A stretch of DNA of 64,000 nucleotides from an uncultured Planctomycetales bacterium (GCA_964489065.1 CAZAXH010000001.1:310358-374357); one strand, 5' to 3'. Counted from the stretch's first letter, positions 10,284 through 20,060 are shown. Numbers and translations are program-made. Notes: generated from the sequence alone by a model not told the origin.

Positions 10284-10592
10284 TTATTTTAAAATAAGGT
10301 TTAATAAAACGGCCGTCCCGGCGACCCACGACAAAACCATGATCCAAAACCATCTCTGTTTCTCCCGGGCAAAAAAAGACAGTTGCTGCGCCTCGCCGCC
10401 CGGGGCCTGCCTCTCCGGCCCCATGACTAAGTCCCACCAGGCCTCGACGTTGTCACTGCGTCTGTTCTTAAACATTTCTTTCCGCGCCCGCCTCCATTTC
10501 AACATAAAGAAAACATAAATCGCCGCCGGCAGCGGATAAAACACCACGCCAACCGCCAGTAAAAACACGGCCTTGTCCTGTATCAACGGCAT
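10284..10592 (-). CDS. small membrane protein
   Basis: The start was moved to the internal ATG at 10592 (MPLIQDKAVFLLAVGVVFYPLPAAIYVFFML). There are two predicted TM helices. The upstream part of the ORF would overlap the AddB-like gene. Confidence 0.4.
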   Translation of the reverse strand: MPLIQDKAVFLLAVGVVFYPLPAAIYVFFMLKWRRARKEMFKNRRSDNVEAWWDLVMGPERQAPGGEAQQLSFFAREKQRWFWIMVLSWVAGTAVLLNLILK

Positions 10593-10671
10593 GGGACTCC
10601 TTCCTTTAAACCGCCTTCCCCGCGCCCCGGGAAAACCAGAAGACCGGGCACAGCCCCGGGCAAGAGGGATA

Positions 10672-13479
10672 TCAACACATCGGATCATTCACAAAAGGGA
10701 CATCCGCGTTCAGGATTTCTGCCATCACATAATCCAGCGCCCGCAAAAACCCCTGATTGATCCTTTCGTAATCGTCCGCCATAGAATGACGGATCAAGGG
10801 GGACAGCTCTAGCGTCCGGAGATTATAAAACGCCGCATTTAGCCGGTCCCCCGGGAAATATTTCTGCAGATAATAAAAATACAACGGCAGTTGAAACGAC
10901 CTTACGTTCTCATAAATAGTCTGTCGGGACAGCGCCATTCTTTCAATAACTTCGAGTCCTCGCGGCAGGGGGTCCACGGCGCCGGTCTTGTAATCCAAAA
11001 TCATGACCGTCCCGTCGTCCAAGCGGTCAACCCGGTCAACCCGGAAGACGAAAGCAAAAGAGCCGGAGGAGAGCGGTATCCTATCCGCAAAACGCTTCTC
11101 GATAAAAAGGATTTCCTTCACCTTCCGTTCCGGATTCTCGCATTCATTGCGCAAAAAAAGATCCAGACGGGTTTCCAGCACGGCCTTCAGCAGAAACGCG
11201 TCTGATTTCATGGAGCGCGCGAACGTTTTTTCAAAAAACCCGCGAAAAGACTCCTTAAAATGTCGTTGAAACGACGCGTTCAGGACCGGCTGTTTGCCGA
11301 CAAATTTTTTGAACGCCGCCTCCAGAAGGGCGTGGACAAACGTCCCCACTTGCCGGTTTTCCGGCTCATCCAGCAAATCTTCTTTCTCTTTTAAACCAAG
11401 GACATAATTCAAATAGAAATCCATCGGGTTACGAAGGTAGGCATTAAGACTCGACGCGGAATAAGACATGCCCCGCAGGAGACTGATCATCTCCGGCGTC
11501 TTCACCACCGAAGCCTGGCTGGAAGATGCGTCGACGCGGAACCCCGGGGTAAACACCGGGAGGACCCCCCTTTGCCCGGCCTTCTTTTCCGCCTCCCAAA
11601 TCAGTTCCTCGACAAAACGGCTCCGTTCCTTATCCCGGCTTTCCTGGTAAACCAAATGCACGGTCTTGGCCGATGAAATCAGGCGCATAAACTGATATCG
11701 CTGAATTTCCTCCTCCTGTTCGAGCCTGTCTAAATTCAGGCTGATCATAACCTCCCGGGGGATCAGCGGCTCGTAGAGATTCACCCGAGGGAGGACCCCC
11801 TCATTCACATCCATAACAATAACGTGTTTGAAATTCAACGCCCGGGTTTCAAACAGCCCCAAAATCTGCAGCCCTTTCAGGGGAGAACCTGAAAAGGCGA
11901 CAATTTCCCGTTCTATCTTCTCGGCAAATATTTTAAAAAGGTCTTCCGCCGGGAACCTCTCCCCGGAAAAAACGGAGAGCCGGAACTCATCGGCGACATC
12001 ATACATTTTCCCGGCGATTTTCAGATTTAAAGGATACCGGCTCAAGGCGCTGGCCCGGAGCAGCAGGTCTAAAAAAGTTTCCAGGGAGGACGAAAACCCG
12101 GAAAAATTTTCCAAATTTTCCCAGAGAGCGAACAGCTTTTCATGAAGGGCGGCCACCACACTTCGCAACTCGGCGTTCGTCACGCCGATCCCCATCCCCG
12201 TCAGGGTTTCTCCGGCGAGGGCATAAAGATCCCCGTCCGCCTCCACCTCCGCCAGGGAGATAAAAAGCATGCCGGACACCGGCGTTTCATATTTGCCGGT
12301 TAATATTTCCTCCAGCTTATGGACCAGGACCCTTGTGATCACGGGCGGCCCGGAGAGACGCAAATTTTTCACCAGCGGATGCCGCAAAACCTTAAGGTAA
12401 TCTTTCGTATAATAACGCCCTTCCTTCCGGGAAAGCTGCGCCTGAAAAACCTGAACAAACAGGGAATACAAGGAACTTCGTTTTAAAGGGTACCCCATGG
12501 ACACATTAAAATTCTTTAAATGCGCAGCTGTTTCCGAAAGCAGCGGGATCACGTGATCCGCTTCCGGCAGGACAATCACCGTCTCCTCGATCTCATTGAT
12601 ATTTTTAAGAATTTCACGCACCAGGCCGACCTGAGAATGCAGGTCAAACCCGCCGTAAAGTTTCAGGTCAAAAGCCGGGGAAGGGACAGTCTCCCCTTCC
12701 CGGATCGGGCATTGAAAAGAGTGGGTAATCCTCTCCAGCACAGGCCATTTCCTCTCGTCACCCTGCACTATCACCCTCGCTTGACCGCGGGCCCAGAGAT
12801 CCTTCATAAGTGTTTCTTCCGCCCGGTTGAGATAAAACACATTGCAAAACCAGATCTCGTCAAATTCCGGGAAATCCGTCTCCGGAATCATATGCGCCGC
12901 CTGCAAATACTGAAACCCCCGGGAGTACCGTTTTTTTTCAACCATGTCCTCATGAACAGCCTGACGGAGCGTAATGATACTCTGCAACAGCCGGTTAATG
13001 CTGTCCGGGACATCATAGCCGATTTGAGCGTGGGCCTTGACATTGTTCAGGGCGCTGTTCTCCACCATCTCGAGGTCCAGCTGTTCAATAAAATGCAGAA
13101 TTTCCCTGGCCCAGGGCAGAAACTGCGCAAAAGCGGCCCGGTCTTTCAAAATATCCGGGACCAGTTGAGCGGCCAGGCGGAATATTTCATAACACTGGTC
13201 CATCTCCATGCCCGCCGTGATGAGTTCCGTTTTCCTGAGCACGTACCCGACGAAAGCGTCGATGGTAAAAAACTTCGGGGGGATAAAAGCCGTTTGAAGT
13301 TTTTGAGCCAGGGCGCGCTTTAAAAAAGATTCCGGCCGTTTCCCGCCAAACACCAGCGCCAAACGGCTGAGGTCTTTTCCCCGCTGAATATACTCCGCGT
13401 CCAGATATTCCGCGAGGCTGTCGATAAATGGCTCGCAAAAAGAAAATGTCACAACCCTGTTTATATCGCCGCCGGTCAT
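10672..13479 (-). CDS. AddB/RexB-like helicase-nuclease subunit (PD-(D/E)XK nuclease family)
   Basis: About 935 aa from the ATG at 13479 (MTGGDINRVV...), which lies 4 nt after the AddA stop. The C-terminus has the PD-(D/E)XK motif (ILDYKTG). No C-terminal Fe-S cysteine cluster is present, so it is RexB-like. It has an operon arrangement with the UvrD-type subunit. Confidence 0.8.
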   Translation of the reverse strand: MTGGDINRVVTFSFCEPFIDSLAEYLDAEYIQRGKDLSRLALVFGGKRPESFLKRALAQKLQTAFIPPKFFTIDAFVGYVLRKTELITAGMEMDQCYEIFRLAAQLVPDILKDRAAFAQFLPWAREILHFIEQLDLEMVENSALNNVKAHAQIGYDVPDSINRLLQSIITLRQAVHEDMVEKKRYSRGFQYLQAAHMIPETDFPEFDEIWFCNVFYLNRAEETLMKDLWARGQARVIVQGDERKWPVLERITHSFQCPIREGETVPSPAFDLKLYGGFDLHSQVGLVREILKNINEIEETVIVLPEADHVIPLLSETAAHLKNFNVSMGYPLKRSSLYSLFVQVFQAQLSRKEGRYYTKDYLKVLRHPLVKNLRLSGPPVITRVLVHKLEEILTGKYETPVSGMLFISLAEVEADGDLYALAGETLTGMGIGVTNAELRSVVAALHEKLFALWENLENFSGFSSSLETFLDLLLRASALSRYPLNLKIAGKMYDVADEFRLSVFSGERFPAEDLFKIFAEKIEREIVAFSGSPLKGLQILGLFETRALNFKHVIVMDVNEGVLPRVNLYEPLIPREVMISLNLDRLEQEEEIQRYQFMRLISSAKTVHLVYQESRDKERSRFVEELIWEAEKKAGQRGVLPVFTPGFRVDASSSQASVVKTPEMISLLRGMSYSASSLNAYLRNPMDFYLNYVLGLKEKEDLLDEPENRQVGTFVHALLEAAFKKFVGKQPVLNASFQRHFKESFRGFFEKTFARSMKSDAFLLKAVLETRLDLFLRNECENPERKVKEILFIEKRFADRIPLSSGSFAFVFRVDRVDRLDDGTVMILDYKTGAVDPLPRGLEVIERMALSRQTIYENVRSFQLPLYFYYLQKYFPGDRLNAAFYNLRTLELSPLIRHSMADDYERINQGFLRALDYVMAEILNADVPFVNDPMC

Positions 13480-13483
13480 GGCC

Positions 13484-16400
13484 TCATACCCCCTCCGTCC
13501 CAGGAAACACCACTTCTTCGGCCGTGTCTGCATCAAGGTACAGCAAAAATCCCCGGACGATTTTCTCCGGAAAAAGCTCCGCAACAAGCCGCATATACGC
13601 CCGGACCTGCTGCGGGTAATCCTCTCCCGCGTCCCGGGAACTCTTAAAGTCCGCCACCCATATTTCACGCGGGCCAAAAATAAGCCGGTCTATGCGGCGG
13701 GTTTGCCCCTGGCGGTCAACCGTTTCCCATTCCTGGAACACCTCCCCTTCCTTAATATAAAAAAACGGCCGGATCTGTTCCGCCAAAATAAAACGGCAAA
13801 CCAAGGCCTGATAATCCAAGCCATCTCCTATTTGAGGATAAAGGACGCGGGCCTGCCGTATGGCCAACGCCACCGCCTTTTCGGCATCCAGCCCGTTGAG
13901 GTTCCCGACAAACGACAGAACCGCGTGAACAATATCCCCCCGGAGGACGGCCTGGCGGCGAAGAACCTTGTCCCCGTCTAGGAATTCATCCTTCAAGTAA
14001 GTGAGCCAGTCCTGGTAAACCGGCGGGGACAGGAGCAGGCGCGTCTGTGTCCGCTCCGCCTTCCGCTCCTGCCGCAAAGGGGACCCCGCCTGCATACAGT
14101 CATCGGGAAACAAAAACTGCGCCGGGTTAAACCCGGTTCCGGTCCTGTTGGGGACAAAAACATAAAGTTCTTCCGAAGCCCGGGTCAAGGCGACATAAAT
14201 GCTGTTCAGCTCGAAAAGGAACGCCCGGATATATTCCTCCCGCCAGATATCATAAAGCGGACCGGAAAATTTCAGATATTTCTCTTTAATACGCAACAGC
14301 CGTAAAAGCTGCTCCTTGAAATCCAGCACATACGACAACTGCCCCACCCCGCCGCCGGCCCCGACCTTGATCCTCATCCCCAAAAAAGGAATCAGGACAA
14401 CCGGAAATTCCAGTCCCTTGGCTTTATGAATCGTTAATATTTTGACCGCATTCGCGTCCGTCATGTGTACGTAAAGCTTCTCATTCTCCATTTCGTCGAA
14501 CTTTTCCAGAAACGAAGCGACATCCGTATAATTTTCTTCCTCTTCCTTGATCAATTCCAGAAACCGCATGACAAAACCCTGCTGACCGGGGAAACGCGCG
14601 AATACGTCAAAACGATGCAGGATACTGATCATGAGCTCGTATAACGGGTAAAGCCCCACCTGACGGAAAAACTCGTCAAACAATTCATCCCACGCCTGCG
14701 GGAACCTCTCCCGGAAATCCCGGTAGAGGACAAAATCCTTTTCCGCGAGCATCTTCACGCGGATCTCCAGGAGGTATTTCTGGTAAAACTCTTTATTGCG
14801 AGCACCGTCAGCCAAAAACAGGTCCCCCAGAATAAACCTGGCAAACGCGCTGTTATCAACGGGAGAATGAAGAAACTTAAGCAAAAATATTAAGTCCTGC
14901 ACAATCCTATTTTCCCGGATATTCATCGTACGCTCCGACTGCACGGGGATGCCGGCTTCCGTCAGCCATCCGGTCAACAATTCAATTTCGTCATTGCTCC
15001 GCGTCAAAAGCGCGATGTCCTTGAAAGGGAAGCGGCGCTGCGCGTCTTCAATCCTCCCGATCACCATCTCCCGGATCATCGAGTCCCGATCTTCTTTGCG
15101 GTCACTTACGACAATTTCCACGCGTACCACCCCGGCCTCCCGGCCCGGGATATGCGATTGCCGGCTGAAGCCATACACATTCTCCAGCATCTGGAATTCC
15201 CTGTCCGTAAAAATAACCGGGGTCTTTTTTTTCTCCTCTTCAAACTCCTCCTTGGCGGCGATAAACCGGCGCAGGTTTTCCAGAGAAAAAATCCGGTTAT
15301 TAAAGTCCACAAGCGCCTTCTGGCTGCGGTAATTATGCGCCAGTTGTTCCCGGCACACGTTAAAATGCGCAAACTCCCGCTGAATCGCGTCAAACAATCT
15401 TATTTCCCCTCCCCGGAAGCCGTAAATAGCCTGTTTCTTGTCTCCCACGTAAAACAAGGACCCTCCGGTTGACAACGCCTCCTCAACCATCATCTTAAGG
15501 TTGCTCCACTGCAGGAGGCTGGTGTCCTGAAATTCATCCAGCAAATAATGATGAAACCGGGTCGCCAGGCGGTAATACAACTCTTCGACGGTTACGGCCC
15601 CGTCGTCAAAAAGGACCCTCGCCTTTTTGTTCAATTCCTCCAAAAACAGCAGATCGTCCTTCCGGGCTTTTTGCTCAAAATCCTCTTTGATATGCCGGAA
15701 AATTTCGACATAAGGGTCAAAGACCGTTAAAGCTTCTTCCTCGCACAGGACCTTAAGACGCGCGCGGATATCGTCCCAAAGACGGTAAGCTTTATCCGGA
15801 GGCGCAGCACTTTTTTTAACCGGGAGCTCATCCCGGGCAAAAAAATCTGACACCCGGTCAAAATCAAATCCGTTCTGATATTGGGCCAGAAATTTTTCCA
15901 GGCTCTTTAGAAACCGGCCGTCAAGCGCCTCCCCGGCCTGCGCTTGAAGCTCCCGCATCAAACCCAGGATGCCCTTTTTATGCTTCAGCCGTTCCTTGTC
16001 CGTCAGCGCGGAATTCTGAAACTCCTGCCCGTAAGTGTTGCTCTGTTGATACAATCCGGATAAAAGGGCCAGAATGTCTTTTTTAGGAAACCAGCTTGAT
16101 TTATTCTCAAGGAAAATATACTGGGAGAGGAAACGCTCAAAAACCGCTCGAATGCCAGGGTCCTGCATCGCCCGGTCAACCATCTGGTCCAGGCTGTATT
16201 CCACGTATTCGAAAGCGTTGGTTTTGATTTTAAAATGAGCCGATAACCCGATCTTAAACGCGCATCCCGACAGAAGGGCATTAATAAAACTGTCGATCGT
16301 CTGCACCTGAAAATAATTATACTGGTGGACGAGGGCTTCCAGAATCGCATGCGCCTTATCCCGGGCCTGCCCCCGGGATAAGCTTAAAGGTTTAAGCAAA

Positions 16401-16663
16401 GACTCCTCTTCTCCGGCGGGGAGCTCATCCAGCGCCATTCTTTTCAGGAAATCGAGAATGCGGCGTTTCATTTCAAAAGCCGCCTTATTGGTAAAGGTAA
16501 TCGCCAGGATATTCCGTAACGAAACCCTCTGGAAGCTTCCGGGACAAGCCAGGAGCAATTGAACATACCGCTGGGCGAGCGCGTAAGTTTTTCCAGAGCC
16601 GGCGGAAGCCTCAACCACCCGCACCTCGGGGAAAGAGAACATTTTCAAGGAAGGCTGATCCAT
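13484..16663 (-). CDS. addA: AddA/RexA-like ATP-dependent helicase-nuclease (UvrD/PcrA helicase plus C-terminal PD-(D/E)XK nuclease)
   Basis: Walker A EASAGSGKTYALAQRY, UvrD-family helicase motifs, and a C-terminal nuclease motif (VADFKSS...YxxQ). The ORF-track start at 16699 is TTG; the first ATG is at 16663 (MDQPSLKMF...). Confidence 0.85.
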   Translation of the reverse strand: MDQPSLKMFSFPEVRVVEASAGSGKTYALAQRYVQLLLACPGSFQRVSLRNILAITFTNKAAFEMKRRILDFLKRMALDELPAGEEESLLKPLSLSRGQARDKAHAILEALVHQYNYFQVQTIDSFINALLSGCAFKIGLSAHFKIKTNAFEYVEYSLDQMVDRAMQDPGIRAVFERFLSQYIFLENKSSWFPKKDILALLSGLYQQSNTYGQEFQNSALTDKERLKHKKGILGLMRELQAQAGEALDGRFLKSLEKFLAQYQNGFDFDRVSDFFARDELPVKKSAAPPDKAYRLWDDIRARLKVLCEEEALTVFDPYVEIFRHIKEDFEQKARKDDLLFLEELNKKARVLFDDGAVTVEELYYRLATRFHHYLLDEFQDTSLLQWSNLKMMVEEALSTGGSLFYVGDKKQAIYGFRGGEIRLFDAIQREFAHFNVCREQLAHNYRSQKALVDFNNRIFSLENLRRFIAAKEEFEEEKKKTPVIFTDREFQMLENVYGFSRQSHIPGREAGVVRVEIVVSDRKEDRDSMIREMVIGRIEDAQRRFPFKDIALLTRSNDEIELLTGWLTEAGIPVQSERTMNIRENRIVQDLIFLLKFLHSPVDNSAFARFILGDLFLADGARNKEFYQKYLLEIRVKMLAEKDFVLYRDFRERFPQAWDELFDEFFRQVGLYPLYELMISILHRFDVFARFPGQQGFVMRFLELIKEEEENYTDVASFLEKFDEMENEKLYVHMTDANAVKILTIHKAKGLEFPVVLIPFLGMRIKVGAGGGVGQLSYVLDFKEQLLRLLRIKEKYLKFSGPLYDIWREEYIRAFLFELNSIYVALTRASEELYVFVPNRTGTGFNPAQFLFPDDCMQAGSPLRQERKAERTQTRLLLSPPVYQDWLTYLKDEFLDGDKVLRRQAVLRGDIVHAVLSFVGNLNGLDAEKAVALAIRQARVLYPQIGDGLDYQALVCRFILAEQIRPFFYIKEGEVFQEWETVDRQGQTRRIDRLIFGPREIWVADFKSSRDAGEDYPQQVRAYMRLVAELFPEKIVRGFLLYLDADTAEEVVFPGTEGV

Positions 16664-16749
16664 AGGCCGTATTATATCGCATCCCCTGCCCGCCCACAAC
16701 TCCTGTCCACATTCGTTGCAGCGCTGGGCAGACCTCTTCCTTGCCGGGC

Positions 16750-17499
16750 CTAGGCGCGAACTCGCTTAATCAATCCGGACAACTGGTCATAATGCGACCC
16801 TTTCCAATACACCTTGCGGCAGGACTGGCAGGAATAAAATCGGGAACACACCTGTTTTACCATGTCCGGAAGCTGCCCCACGATATTTTTTTTGGCCACG
16901 CATACGATGCGGCCGTTGCATTCCAGACAACGGCGGAACGGCCGGATCCGGGGAAAAAGGTGATATTTTTGCAGCACTTCTTTCAACTGACGCCGGGGAT
17001 CGGGGGACCGAACCCATAAACCGGACCGGACCGACCGATTCTTCAAAAGGCCGACATCCCGGGTGAGGACGATGCGGTCCTCCGCTGCGGCGATCCGCAC
17101 GATTTCAGCGTCAGGGAAATCTTTTTTATAAACACAATCAAATCCAAGCAAACGCATGTGCCGGACCAGCTTTCCCAAATGCGAATCGATCACAAACCGG
17201 CCCGGACAGCGCCGGGGCCGCAGATGTATGAGGGAAGACGCATTAACGTTAAACCCTTCCGGATAAACGGACAGCCGGTCCCGGGCCGTTATTTGATACC
17301 CAAACGTCCTTGAGCGCCTGTTCACCAGGATAATATCTATTTCCGGATGCGGAACGCCCTGGGCTTCGACCGCGTCCTTGACAGACGGCCGCCCCTTGAC
17401 GGTAACCGAAAACGTGCGGTGCCGCTTGTCCCGGGGGAGGAAATCATTCAAATCCCCGTAAAAGCGGATAGAAAACTGGGTCGCAATGAAAGAAGCCAT
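16750..17499 (-). CDS. Mut7-C RNase domain protein (ubiquitin-like N-terminus, PIN-like nuclease, C-terminal Zn ribbon)
   Basis: The N-terminal MoaD/ThiS-like segment, the Mut7-C family pattern and CLECNG...CQSCRKVYWKGSHY (Zn ribbon) are present. The ORF-track start is TTG; the ATG is at 17499. Confidence 0.7.
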   Translation of the reverse strand: MASFIATQFSIRFYGDLNDFLPRDKRHRTFSVTVKGRPSVKDAVEAQGVPHPEIDIILVNRRSRTFGYQITARDRLSVYPEGFNVNASSLIHLRPRRCPGRFVIDSHLGKLVRHMRLLGFDCVYKKDFPDAEIVRIAAAEDRIVLTRDVGLLKNRSVRSGLWVRSPDPRRQLKEVLQKYHLFPRIRPFRRCLECNGRIVCVAKKNIVGQLPDMVKQVCSRFYSCQSCRKVYWKGSHYDQLSGLIKRVRA

Positions 17500-17609
17500 A
17501 CAACACCATCCTACCCTCGGGAACAAGGACTGTCAATGCGGAGTATTGCGTAAAAATTTTTTCGCGCCGGACGACGGAAAAATGAGAGACATAAACCCCA
17601 GAGCCAGCT

Positions 17610-17760
17610 CTGGGCTCAATGAACCGCAGCAAGCTGCTGGGTATTAAACCCATATCCTTCGGCTCGTTCGCTTGGGCTCTCTCGCTTGAAAGATCAATTC
17701 GCATTTTCAGTTCACACTCCCTTGGGTCGTGTAAACTGAATGCTCATTGAATAAAAACAG
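17610..17760. repeat. Copy A of a ~170-nt direct-repeat family (A/B) with internal 7-bp inverted repeat TCAATGA...TCATTGA
   Basis: Blocks gggctcaatgaaccgcagcaagctgctggg and ctcccttgggtcgtgtaaactgaatgctcattgaataaaaacag are shared, with the same spacing, with 21728-21892. It lies between the BtuB-like stop and the Mut7-C start and is followed by a C10 tract at 17801-17810. Confidence 0.6.
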
Positions 17761-17826
17761 CCCCCCAGGCCTGCGCGAGGCATCAGCGCTGGGAGGCTGT
17801 CCCCCCCCCCGGATTCGTCCTCAAGC

Positions 17827-19830
17827 CTAAAAGCTTAACTTCATGCCGACCAGGACATTCCTTTCCGCAGCCGGATAATAATCTTTCGTGTCAGAAAAAG
17901 AAGATTTCACAATATACGTGTTATACCGCTCATTAAACAAATTGTTCAAAGACAAAAAAATCTCCACCGGGTCTTTGCTCCAGCTGACCTTCGTGTCAAC
18001 CACAATATACGGTTTCCCGGGCGTGGTCGCGTTGGAAACGTCATTAATCGCATAACGAGACCCGACGTACCGACCCGTCAAAGATACCCCCCAGCATTTC
18101 CAAAACTTAAAACGGGTCCCGGCATTGAATTGATACACCGGCACCCAGGGAATCTGCTTCTGCGCATGGGGCCCATCTTTAAATGTCGCGTTCTGATAGG
18201 TATAATTCATAAAAATATCCCACTGCTCAACAGTATCGTCCTCCACCCAGTGCAGCATGTTGACCGTCTGCCCCAATTCCAGCCCGACGCGACGGGTAGA
18301 GTCGTAGTTCTCATTGGCAAAGGTCGAGGGGTCATAAAAAAGCTCGTGCTTGATATCCATCACATAGGCCGTGGCGTCAAGCTGAAGGACACGGTCAAAA
18401 TCATGACGGATCCCCACTTCGTACTGCAGTCCTGTTTGCGGGTCCAAGGACGTATTCAGCCCGCTGAAAGAGCTGTACCATTCGTCGGTGGATGGGAAAC
18501 GGAATGTCTGCTGGACGGAAACATTCACGTTGGAACCGGGAGCATATTCATAACGGCCCCCTATCTGGGAAACACTTTCATCCGGACGCTGATTCTCGTA
18601 AAAAGGGGTTCCGCTTTTCTGGTCAAATGTGTAGTGCGCTTTTTGGTAGCGAGTCCCGGCTAACAGAAACATTTTGTCCGTCAGGCCATATTCCGCGGAA
18701 ACATAATATCCCAGTTCCCTTTTGGAAATGGTCAATTCATCTGAATTCCCGGCGCTCCCCAAGATATCATTATCAACGTCATAATAATCCAACCCGAAGA
18801 CGCCTTTCAGAGGGAGGTCCTCTTCCAAAGAACCCAGGACATAACGCGCGTTGATCCCATAACTATCGATCCCCCGTTTCGTAGCGAAATCCCCAAACTC
18901 GCTGGTCAGCATGGCATACGTATCCCGGTTACGATAATTAAAATCCACAATCGCGTTCCCGCGCGCCCAGCCGTCCACGGGCGGCGCCCAATCCCAGGAT
19001 AACTGAAAGTTCCTGTCCTTGGTTGAGGCGTAATTTTCTTCATCAGCAGAGCCCCTCCGGCCCAGCCGCTGCAGTTCCTCTTCATTTAACCCTCCCGGCA
19101 TGCCGTAATCATCCTCATGCCACGAGGTGTTCACCGTCAAAGAAATATCCTCGGAAAAACGGTAGCCCACGGCATTGACAAAATCTTTATACAAAAGGTC
19201 GCTGTTGGAACGGTAGCCTTTTGTATCAAAATATTTCGTGAGCAAAAAATAGGAAAGCGGACCCCGGCGCCCGGAAACCGTTAAGTCTTCGCTGGTCGTA
19301 TTATAACTTCCGTGATTGCCCCCCAAAGCCCCGGAGATTTTCCCCTCTCCTTCCTTCTTGGTTATAATATTGACAACCCCGCCGACGGCATTATCTCCGT
19401 ATAAAACCGAGCCGGCCCCTCGGGTGATTTCAACACGGTCAATGGCTTCCAGCGGGATCTGCATAGGGTCAAAACCGGAATTATCAATGGAGTTCATTTT
19501 GCGGCCGTTCAATAAAAATAAAATATTATTCTTGGCGGTATCTCCAAACCCGCGAATATCTATAGTCGACACCTTTAAAGCGGTTCCGGGCTCATACATA
19601 AATATCCCGGCCTTCTCCTCCATGACCTCGCTCATGGAACGGCTGGGTGATTGCGCGAGATCCTGAGGCGTGATCACCATAATGTCTGATGAAACAGCGT
19701 CCGCCTGTTGCTCCATACGGCTGGCGGTGATAACGATCTCACCCAGGTCCATGTCCCGGCCGAATACCGCTGAAGCCCCCCCCCCTAAAAGACATATGAT
19801 AAGAACAACAAAAAAATTTTTCCGAAACAT
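17827..19830 (-). CDS. btuB: TonB-dependent outer-membrane receptor, cobalamin-type (BtuB-like)
   Basis: 667 aa with a signal peptide, a plug domain, a beta-barrel and a C-terminal aromatic residue (…MKLSF). It sits directly downstream of a cobalamin riboswitch with a terminator. A G10 run (plus-strand C10 at 19776-19785) encodes GGG inside the signal peptide. Confidence 0.85.
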   Translation of the reverse strand: MFRKNFFVVLIICLLGGGASAVFGRDMDLGEIVITASRMEQQADAVSSDIMVITPQDLAQSPSRSMSEVMEEKAGIFMYEPGTALKVSTIDIRGFGDTAKNNILFLLNGRKMNSIDNSGFDPMQIPLEAIDRVEITRGAGSVLYGDNAVGGVVNIITKKEGEGKISGALGGNHGSYNTTSEDLTVSGRRGPLSYFLLTKYFDTKGYRSNSDLLYKDFVNAVGYRFSEDISLTVNTSWHEDDYGMPGGLNEEELQRLGRRGSADEENYASTKDRNFQLSWDWAPPVDGWARGNAIVDFNYRNRDTYAMLTSEFGDFATKRGIDSYGINARYVLGSLEEDLPLKGVFGLDYYDVDNDILGSAGNSDELTISKRELGYYVSAEYGLTDKMFLLAGTRYQKAHYTFDQKSGTPFYENQRPDESVSQIGGRYEYAPGSNVNVSVQQTFRFPSTDEWYSSFSGLNTSLDPQTGLQYEVGIRHDFDRVLQLDATAYVMDIKHELFYDPSTFANENYDSTRRVGLELGQTVNMLHWVEDDTVEQWDIFMNYTYQNATFKDGPHAQKQIPWVPVYQFNAGTRFKFWKCWGVSLTGRYVGSRYAINDVSNATTPGKPYIVVDTKVSWSKDPVEIFLSLNNLFNERYNTYIVKSSFSDTKDYYPAAERNVLVGMKLSF
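19776..19785 (-). repeat. G10 homopolymer (plus-strand C10) inside the btuB-like signal-peptide coding region
   Basis: The minus-strand codons uua ggg ggg ggg gcu encode L-G-G-G-A of MFRKNFFVVLIICLLGGGASAVFG. Confidence 0.7.
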
Positions 19831-19848
19831 TTTTTTCTCCTTTCGTGC

Positions 19849-19883
19849 AAAAAAAAACTCTCAATCGATAAACCGATTGAGAG
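19849..19883 (-). terminator. Intrinsic terminator forming the expression platform of the cobalamin riboswitch
   Basis: Minus-strand RNA CUCUCAAUCG-guuuau-CGAUUGAGAG is a perfect 10-bp stem followed by U9. It lies immediately upstream of the RBS (AAAGGAG) and ATG of the TonB-dependent receptor. Confidence 0.65.
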
Positions 19884-20060
19884 TGCACCCGTCTTACTTA
19901 GTCTCAATATATCCGTATTCCTATACTGTCTAACGCAGTATAAAAACACTTGAATATACCGGTAGGTGTTCTGGCTTCCGGGCAACGCTTCGCTCCGGTT
20001 ACAGCGGCGGGACCACTCCTGAATCACACAGGATTTCCCTATTTCATCTTCGGGTTTCCC
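19884..20060 (-). promoter_or_regulatory. Cobalamin (AdoCbl) riboswitch aptamer
   Basis: Minus-strand RNA reads ...auaGGGAAauccuGUGugAuuCAGGAGuGGUCCCGCCGCUGUAACCGG...GGAAGCCAGAACACCUACCGG. This matches the conserved GGGAA, GGUCCCGCC(A/G)CUGUAA and B12-box (AGYCAGGnnACCUGCC-like) elements. It is followed by the terminator and then the TonB-dependent receptor gene. Confidence 0.7.

Noticed and set aside
10672-16699. UvrD-helicase plus PD-(D/E)XK nuclease pair as a phage-defence system (Gabija/Hachiman-like)
   Set aside because: The domain order is the classical AddA/RexA plus AddB/RexB architecture: UvrD with a C-terminal nuclease on one subunit, and a large partner with a C-terminal PD-(D/E)XK on the other. 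The two genes are separated by 4 nt. There is no separate ATPase/TOPRIM or DUF partner typical of defence systems, so they are most parsimoniously the housekeeping DSB-repair complex.
17610-17760. Repeat A as a structured ncRNA/riboswitch leader for Mut7-C
   Set aside because: The 10-bp hairpin predicted in copy A (CAGUUUACAC...GUGUGAACUG on the minus strand) is not conserved in copy B, and no known riboswitch consensus was recognised. It was kept only as a DNA-level repeat.
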